This document shows, in pieces, positions 58,891 to 64,000 of a DNA stretch of 64,000 nt. Positions within the stretch are counted from its first letter, which is position 1. Every line of letters begins with the position of its first letter. The DNA is from Acidobacteriota bacterium (lineage in GTDB: Bacteria > Acidobacteriota > Terriglobia > Terriglobales > Acidobacteriaceae): positions 7,175 through 71,174 of the forward strand of contig JAKAYS010000001.1 of NCBI GenBank assembly GCA_021826695.1, in the 5' to 3' direction. The notes beneath the pieces were generated by a model that saw only the letters and a list, made by a program, of their open reading frames with translations, was not told where the DNA came from and searched no databases. The position numbers and the translations under genes were made by a program.

Positions 58891-59352
58891 TTACAGCAGA
58901 TCCTTCGGGGGCGAGAGTATCTCGACTTTGGGGAAGTACGTTTGATAGCGCGCAACGTCGCGCGTCAGCAACGCCAGATGTTCAATTGCCGCGTGCGCGC
59001 CAATATAAAAGTCCGGGAGCGGAGTGTTTCGCAGACCTCCGCGCCTGCGATAGGCCAGAAAACACTTGCCAGCCAGGAATCCGGCTTCCCAGGGAAGTGG
59101 ATCTCTTTGGTAAAGGTTGCCGGGCAAAGCAGCATTCAGCGCTTCGATGGTCGTATATCCGATCGACACTTCGGCGTAGATGATGGGATTGACGATCAAT
59201 ATCGCATGTTCGGTACACTCGGCGAGCGCACTCCCCGACCATTCGCTCCACTTCGCGTCATTGGTGGCGATGTCCAGCAGAATATTACTGTCAACCAGGA
59301 CACCGCGGCAGTTGCGCAGACGTGCCGGCAGACTCGTCAAAACCGGTTTCAC
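58891..59352 (-). CDS. vapC: PIN-domain toxin (VapC)
   Basis: VLVDSNILLDIATND..., DFYIGAHAAIEHLALLTRD. Confidence 0.8.
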   Translation of the reverse strand: MKPVLTSLPARLRNCRGVLVDSNILLDIATNDAKWSEWSGSALAECTEHAILIVNPIIYAEVSIGYTTIEALNAALPGNLYQRDPLPWEAGFLAGKCFLAYRRRGGLRNTPLPDFYIGAHAAIEHLALLTRDVARYQTYFPKVEILSPPKDLL

Positions 59353-59609
59353 CTGGCTTTCCTGCCATGGCGGGCCTCTACGCGCGTCAATGCCATGATT
59401 TCGTCGGTGCTCATGCGAGTGTCCGCTGTGCCACGGAGCGCTTCGAGTGCTCTGTTTCCTCGGATGCCCGTGCCGAGCGCGCGTTTGACTTTGCGAATGC
59501 GGGCGTGATCTCCAGCCACCTCGAACTCGACTTCAGTATGAGGCAGGAGGCCCAGCCGGTTACGGACATCTTGCGGAATCGTCACTTGTCCCTTGCTGGT
59601 GATTTGCAT
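59349..59609 (-). CDS. vapB: AbrB/MazE/SpoVT-type antitoxin (VapB)
   Basis: MQITSKGQVTIPQDVRNRLGL. 4-nt overlap with vapC. Confidence 0.8.
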   Translation of the reverse strand: MQITSKGQVTIPQDVRNRLGLLPHTEVEFEVAGDHARIRKVKRALGTGIRGNRALEALRGTADTRMSTDEIMALTRVEARHGRKAR

Positions 59610-59873
59610 AGTAATACTCCTACTGGTAAGTGTAATGTCCGAACCTTGAGAGTGCAAGTTGCCCGTCAACGAGTGCAACTGTCGTTGCAGCTTCGTTCTG
59701 CTCTTGCCTCAGCTATATGTGGACACTGCCTCGTATCGAGGCCTGGTGATCGCTGAATGCCAACTCATGCTTCTTTTTCACGGTTGAAATTTGAATCATA
59801 AGCTGGACACGAGAAGCATGATGTGGTCACTGCAACCTTTTTTCAGCGCTGCGTTTCAGCTGCCGCTCAATAA

Positions 59874-59931
59874 ATGAAGCATAATCTGGCCGAGACTTCG
59901 AATATGAAGCATAAACTGGCCAAGAACTTCG
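59874..59931. repeat. Two tandem copies of a 27-28-bp imperfect direct repeat in an AT-richer spacer
   Basis: ATGAAGCATAATCTGGCCGAGACTTCG / ATGAAGCATAAACTGGCCAAGAACTTCG. Confidence 0.8.
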
Positions 59932-60081
59932 GCCTTTGTTTTTTTAGCGTCCATTTACTGGCATGGGGGTACACGCGCGCCGATTGGCTCACTGAGTGAC
60001 TCGCCAGTTATCGCCTATGGTCATCCCACATGTTTTTTCACGAGACAAGCAGATTCGTCAATACTGGCCGGCATATCGGGA

Positions 60082-60846
60082 CTAATTCCCGTCAATGGAG
60101 CGTATCTCCAAGAGAGTCTTGAAATTCCGAGCAATATCGAGCTCAACCTCTTCAATCGAAGACTTGCGAAGCCCCGCAATTGCCTCAACAGTTCGGCCGA
60201 TGTCTGATGGACGTGCTGCGCGTTCATTTACCTTGGTGAATGGGCCATCTGTTTCCGTCAATATCCGATCGTCAGGCATAGTTGCAATAATCCGGCGCCC
60301 CTTCTCGTTCAACATCATCTCAGAGTTGACTGAGAAATAGCACCCAAGGTCGATGGCGCGATGTGCCTCTGCCACCGATCCAGTAAACCAGTGGAGCACG
60401 ACCATGCCTGCTGTAGGCGGAAGATGATGTTCGATCAAATCGAGCACGACTTTCGCTGATCGGACGCTGTGGACGCTGAGTATCTTGTTTCGGTTGATAG
60501 CACACTTTTGCAGCACATGCTGAAATACTTCCTTTTGGATATCTAGCGAACGGTAGTAACGGGGACCGGCGTCAATGCCTACTTCTCCTATATATCGAGC
60601 TTCCGGAAGATACTGATCCCACAATGGAATCTCGTCGGCACGTTCACCGACCAACTGGGGATGGAGGCCAAGGGCGGCACGAACATAGTGGGTTTTTTCT
60701 GTAACTTCGCGATTCCGCGGCCACGCTTTCGGAGTCGTCGTAACGGTCAGTGTGTAGACTCCGGCACGTTCAGCATCCTGGACTGCAGAAACGAAATCGG
60801 GATACAGATCAAGATGACAGTGAAGATCGACATAGTTTGAACGCAT
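60082..60846 (-). CDS. qatD: QatD: TatD-family metal-dependent hydrolase
   Basis: VDLHCHLDLYPD, typical TatD His/Asp pattern; last gene of the Qat operon. Confidence 0.8.
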   Translation of the reverse strand: MRSNYVDLHCHLDLYPDFVSAVQDAERAGVYTLTVTTTPKAWPRNREVTEKTHYVRAALGLHPQLVGERADEIPLWDQYLPEARYIGEVGIDAGPRYYRSLDIQKEVFQHVLQKCAINRNKILSVHSVRSAKVVLDLIEHHLPPTAGMVVLHWFTGSVAEAHRAIDLGCYFSVNSEMMLNEKGRRIIATMPDDRILTETDGPFTKVNERAARPSDIGRTVEAIAGLRKSSIEEVELDIARNFKTLLEIRSIDGN

Positions 60847-60853
60847 TGAAGTC

Positions 60854-62221
60854 CTAGTTGGGAGTAGTTGTCACATTCGAGAGCAACTGCCCCACCTCGC
60901 TTATGCCGCGCAGATAAACGTCCGCCAACTCGACTTGCCGATCCGCAGACTCATCGGTCAATGGTCCAGATTTATGAATGAGGACGGACGCGAGTCCGGG
61001 TCTGCCTATAAGCCTGCAGATCGCGACCTGGAACGATCTAACCTGAAGACCTTCGGCCTCCGTAGAGGTGAGAGGCTCGGCAGAGAGATCCGCAAGCGTA
61101 TACTTCGTTGGGTCCCTTTCACCAAGACCGCTGTTTAGGGCTGCCCTTCGAATCAGACAAGGCAGACAGAATCCGCAATGTTCCGTTCCATGTCCCTTCC
61201 AACGCCCTTTCGTCGGCGATGCACAGGAAAGACTTTCCGGAACGAGCCGCTTGAGGAGAGCCTGATTGGAACACATAGAAGCCATCTCGCCCTTGGTCTT
61301 GTTCCAGTATGGATTTTCTATCGTTACAGGCATCTCCAAGTGGCGTAAGAGTTCGTTCCATCGTGCGATGTAGAAAGGATGCGTCGTGCGCGTGCTCAGG
61401 GAACCCAACCGAAGTTGGTCGAGTGGAACATTAAGAGCGATGAGTCCATTTTCCGGAGCAAGCAGCTGAGAACTTCGACCGAGACCGCTTCCAGCAAATG
61501 TTCCGGTTGCGAAGAATAGAAACGATCGTCCCCGCATGGAATTTTCAGAAGGAACATCCTTTACGAGTTCTTTTGGAAAGTTCATCCACATGCGCAGGCG
61601 TCGGAAAGGGCGCTTAGGGTATTGGGTCTCTAGCCTCCGGAACAGCACTTCCTGGGCGGCGCTTGTCGCCCCCTCGCCAGCGTGGCTGATGAAGAGCGGA
61701 TTACGACCCTGCTCCAGAGCATCGATGGCCCCGATAAGGCTATCCAGGCCACCGGAGAATAGAGATAGACCATCAAATGGCGGCTTCGCAAACACAAGCG
61801 GTTGGGGCGCGACAAATCTCTCAAAACCCTGAGGTCGAACCCTAAAATCAAAGGTCCATCGGTCCCCAGTCAGAAAATTCAGCATCCGCCGCAGAAGATT
61901 GGCAGAACCCCTCCAGCGATCTACATCGCTCACGGGAACCACTAGCCGAATCTCTCTCGTCCAGTTATCTTGTGATTCCGTATCTCGTGAGATTCGGGTG
62001 TCTGCGGCGTGAATATGCGCGGCAAGAACCAACAGATCCACACCTATCTCGGACGGGTAAACACCCATCGCGGCCAGTTCGTCGAGCGCGTTACCAATCC
62101 CGTGATCCAGCCGCTTCGTAGCCTGAACAAATTGCAGCGGAGTCGCAACTTCATCTTCACCGCTCGGTATGGCAACTTTGTCCTTCAGTCCGAATTTTCC
62201 AAAAATCAGGTGGCGACTCAT
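60854..62221 (-). CDS. qatC: QatC: QueC-like PP-loop ATPase
   Basis: SLFSGGLDSLIGAIDAL PP-loop. C-terminal Cys cluster (CASPTKGRW...HCGFCLPCLIRR). Confidence 0.8.
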   Translation of the reverse strand: MSRHLIFGKFGLKDKVAIPSGEDEVATPLQFVQATKRLDHGIGNALDELAAMGVYPSEIGVDLLVLAAHIHAADTRISRDTESQDNWTREIRLVVPVSDVDRWRGSANLLRRMLNFLTGDRWTFDFRVRPQGFERFVAPQPLVFAKPPFDGLSLFSGGLDSLIGAIDALEQGRNPLFISHAGEGATSAAQEVLFRRLETQYPKRPFRRLRMWMNFPKELVKDVPSENSMRGRSFLFFATGTFAGSGLGRSSQLLAPENGLIALNVPLDQLRLGSLSTRTTHPFYIARWNELLRHLEMPVTIENPYWNKTKGEMASMCSNQALLKRLVPESLSCASPTKGRWKGHGTEHCGFCLPCLIRRAALNSGLGERDPTKYTLADLSAEPLTSTEAEGLQVRSFQVAICRLIGRPGLASVLIHKSGPLTDESADRQVELADVYLRGISEVGQLLSNVTTTPN

Positions 62222-63177
62222 GGTTTATCCGCCTCCGCTTCTGCCATGCTTTGGAGTATGGAATACGCTTGTTCATAGATAGTATCGATGGTGCGTGTAA
62301 CTTGTTCTTGAGTCATCGTTGTTCCGACCTGGTTTGCTGCGAAGGCATCCGAGACGCTGCGTTCGACGAATTCGAACAGTTGCGTCTGGATATCGGCAGC
62401 GTCGGTCACGTTCTGTGGCAACGATATCGCGTTCGATCCAATGTCATTACAGATGCGCGCTTCAATCGCATGTGCAATATTCAGCTCAAGGATCGTTTGC
62501 ACTTGTTCTACAGTGAGAGAGTCGAAATCGGTGATTCCGTTTTCTGCGAGATCTACGATGGTTTCAACGAATGCTTCGCGGGCGATGCTGTCATCGATCG
62601 CTCCGCCGGCAGGACAAACGATCTCGAGCATGCCGAGAAATATCTCTTCAATCGGTCGACCGACAAGGCGTTCCAACCCTATGGAACGGAGCGCCGCGCG
62701 GGCATTTCCGCCGACGGCTGAAGAGAGGACGCCCGCAAGCTGCGCCGTCGCTCGCCGCGAGACTCCCATTCTTCGTGCCGCATTGCGACTTCCGCCTGAG
62801 GAAGTCGCAACGTACTGAGAGAGTGCCCGTCCGAGACTTCGGCGGTCCCCACCGCCCGACGAAACAAAGCGTGTGAAATTGTTGCGCGCCAATGCAAATC
62901 TTTGCGGATCGCTTGCAGGTGGTATCGGAGGCCGATCTGGAGGTGCCGGTACTGCACCTCCGCCGTTGGCATTTACTAAGGGTAAAACGGCAGGTATAGG
63001 GATCGCGCTTTCACCGTTCGCAGGTGTCGGAATTGGCGTCGGCTGTGCAGGCCCAATGCTTCCGTCGTCCGCCGGTGCTGATTGAGAACCATCTGACCCA
63101 CCACCCTCCTCCAGCCATGTGGGTATTAGAGGTTTTGCGCCACCTGAGCCACCATAGGAATTCGATGTACCCATCAC
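62218..63177 (-). CDS. qatB: QatB
   Basis: MGTSNSYGGSGGAKPLIPTWL N-terminus followed by a low-complexity Pro/Gly region. 4-nt overlaps with both neighbours. Confidence 0.65.
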   Translation of the reverse strand: MMGTSNSYGGSGGAKPLIPTWLEEGGGSDGSQSAPADDGSIGPAQPTPIPTPANGESAIPIPAVLPLVNANGGGAVPAPPDRPPIPPASDPQRFALARNNFTRFVSSGGGDRRSLGRALSQYVATSSGGSRNAARRMGVSRRATAQLAGVLSSAVGGNARAALRSIGLERLVGRPIEEIFLGMLEIVCPAGGAIDDSIAREAFVETIVDLAENGITDFDSLTVEQVQTILELNIAHAIEARICNDIGSNAISLPQNVTDAADIQTQLFEFVERSVSDAFAANQVGTTMTQEQVTRTIDTIYEQAYSILQSMAEAEADKP

Positions 63178-64000
63178 CGACCTCCTTGTGTCCGAGTGCG
63201 GAGAGTATTCGTAGCGGCGGCTTTGAGAAGCTGGCCACCGTGCTTACTCCAAACTTCCAGCATTTGCTCAAAACGCTTAACCGCGGATGGGTCTTTGAGG
63301 GCGTTTGCCCAACCACTGCACACCCAAGGACCGAGGCGATTAGCAGGCAGAGCTTCCAGGAAGTCGAGGAGGTTGCTCTGTAAGGATGGTTGCGCGCGCA
63401 CGAGAACTTCAACCCCGGCGACACCATCAGGGGCTCTTTCGAAAGAATCGGAGGCAATGATTCGAGTACGGAGCATTTCAAACACCTGTGCAGCTTCCGG
63501 CGGAGCAAGGCCGCGCAGGTTCACTTCTTCAGCTTGTACAGCCAACCTCACGCCGAGGAGTCGTTCTGCAATTGCCGCAACCTGTCCGAATGCGGTGGCA
63601 GCTCCGAAGAAGTCCTTGCGGTCCTTGGTTACGAATAGATAGGGGCGGAGATCAATCTTGGCGAGAGGCGGCTTCAGCCGTGCCCAATCCAAGGTGCTCG
63701 GCGACGCAAGCCATTCAGCGAGTACCGCGCTGGTCTCGCTATCTGTAGTAAGCGCCTCAGCCTTTGTGGGAGACTTTTTGACCGATGGTCCTTCTTTAGC
63801 TGGCTGCGACGCCGATTCGCTAGTTTTCTTTTCCGCTGTGGCTTCCAGCGCGGCGAGATCTGCGCACACTCCATCGGGTGCTGAGGCCGCTGCGATCGCG
63901 ATCTGGTCGAACACACGGTTATTGAATCGCTCTGCCAGCATCAGTTTAGCCAATACCGGGAGTTTCACATCATCGCCGAACCCGCGGGCTTCGGCTGACG
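63174..64000 (-). CDS. qatA: QatA (KAP-type P-loop NTPase), C-terminal part only; the ORF is open to the window edge
   Basis: Frame continues without a stop to base 64000. Position is upstream of qatBCD. The NTPase motifs lie outside the window. Confidence 0.55.
   Translation of the reverse strand, partial: SAEARGFGDDVKLPVLAKLMLAERFNNRVFDQIAIAAASAPDGVCADLAALEATAEKKTSESASQPAKEGPSVKKSPTKAEALTTDSETSAVLAEWLASPSTLDWARLKPPLAKIDLRPYLFVTKDRKDFFGAATAFGQVAAIAERLLGVRLAVQAEEVNLRGLAPPEAAQVFEMLRTRIIASDSFERAPDGVAGVEVLVRAQPSLQSNLLDFLEALPANRLGPWVCSGWANALKDPSAVKRFEQMLEVWSKHGGQLLKAAATNTLRTRTQGGR

Noticed and set aside
1-64000. CRISPR arrays, rRNA and tRNA genes (a tRNA next to the integrase was specifically looked for at 19186-19380).
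   Set aside because: No regularly spaced repeats, no T-loop/acceptor-stem patterns and no rRNA-like conserved blocks were found.

Overview
GC-rich bacterial chromosomal segment. Gene content is reminiscent of a soil Acidobacteriota-like organism, but I cannot verify taxonomy from sequence alone. Bases 1 to about 19.2 kb look like ordinary core genome. They hold a TPR/CHAT protein tightly followed by an S41 peptidase, feoAB, a pabB-pabC fusion, and a B12-riboswitch-controlled thioesterase(frameshifted)-metE operon. A second, closely related B12 riboswitch sits in front of class Ia RNR genes nrdAB, followed by a sigma/anti-sigma pair, a few small ORFs and rnhA. From about 19.3 kb to the window end the content switches to a mobile, defence-loaded island. 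It contains a tyrosine integrase and a GmrSD-like type IV restriction gene split by an IS110-family element. It also contains ArdC, an EcoEI-like type I R-M operon (hsdRMS), a GHKL-ATPase/nuclease fusion and Gabija (gajAB). Further genes are a SEC-C/PD-(D/E)xK protein, a HEPN-like protein, a MobF (TrwC-type) relaxase, a Crp-family regulator and dinB. Four PIN-type toxin-antitoxin pairs are scattered through the island, and a QatABCD system runs off the right edge. Between dinB and Qat lies an all-minus-strand block (48.2-58.7 kb). It holds two paralogous, translationally coupled MoxR-like AAA+ / VWA-metallopeptidase modules plus several ORFans. I consider this block, the GHKL-nuclease, and the SEC-C nuclease and HEPN genes the best candidates for undescribed conflict (defence or anti-defence) functions. 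No rRNA, tRNA or CRISPR array was seen. The ORF track translates GTG/TTG starts as M, so several starts were re-chosen by eye. All family assignments come from motif recognition in the translated ORFs, not from database searches.
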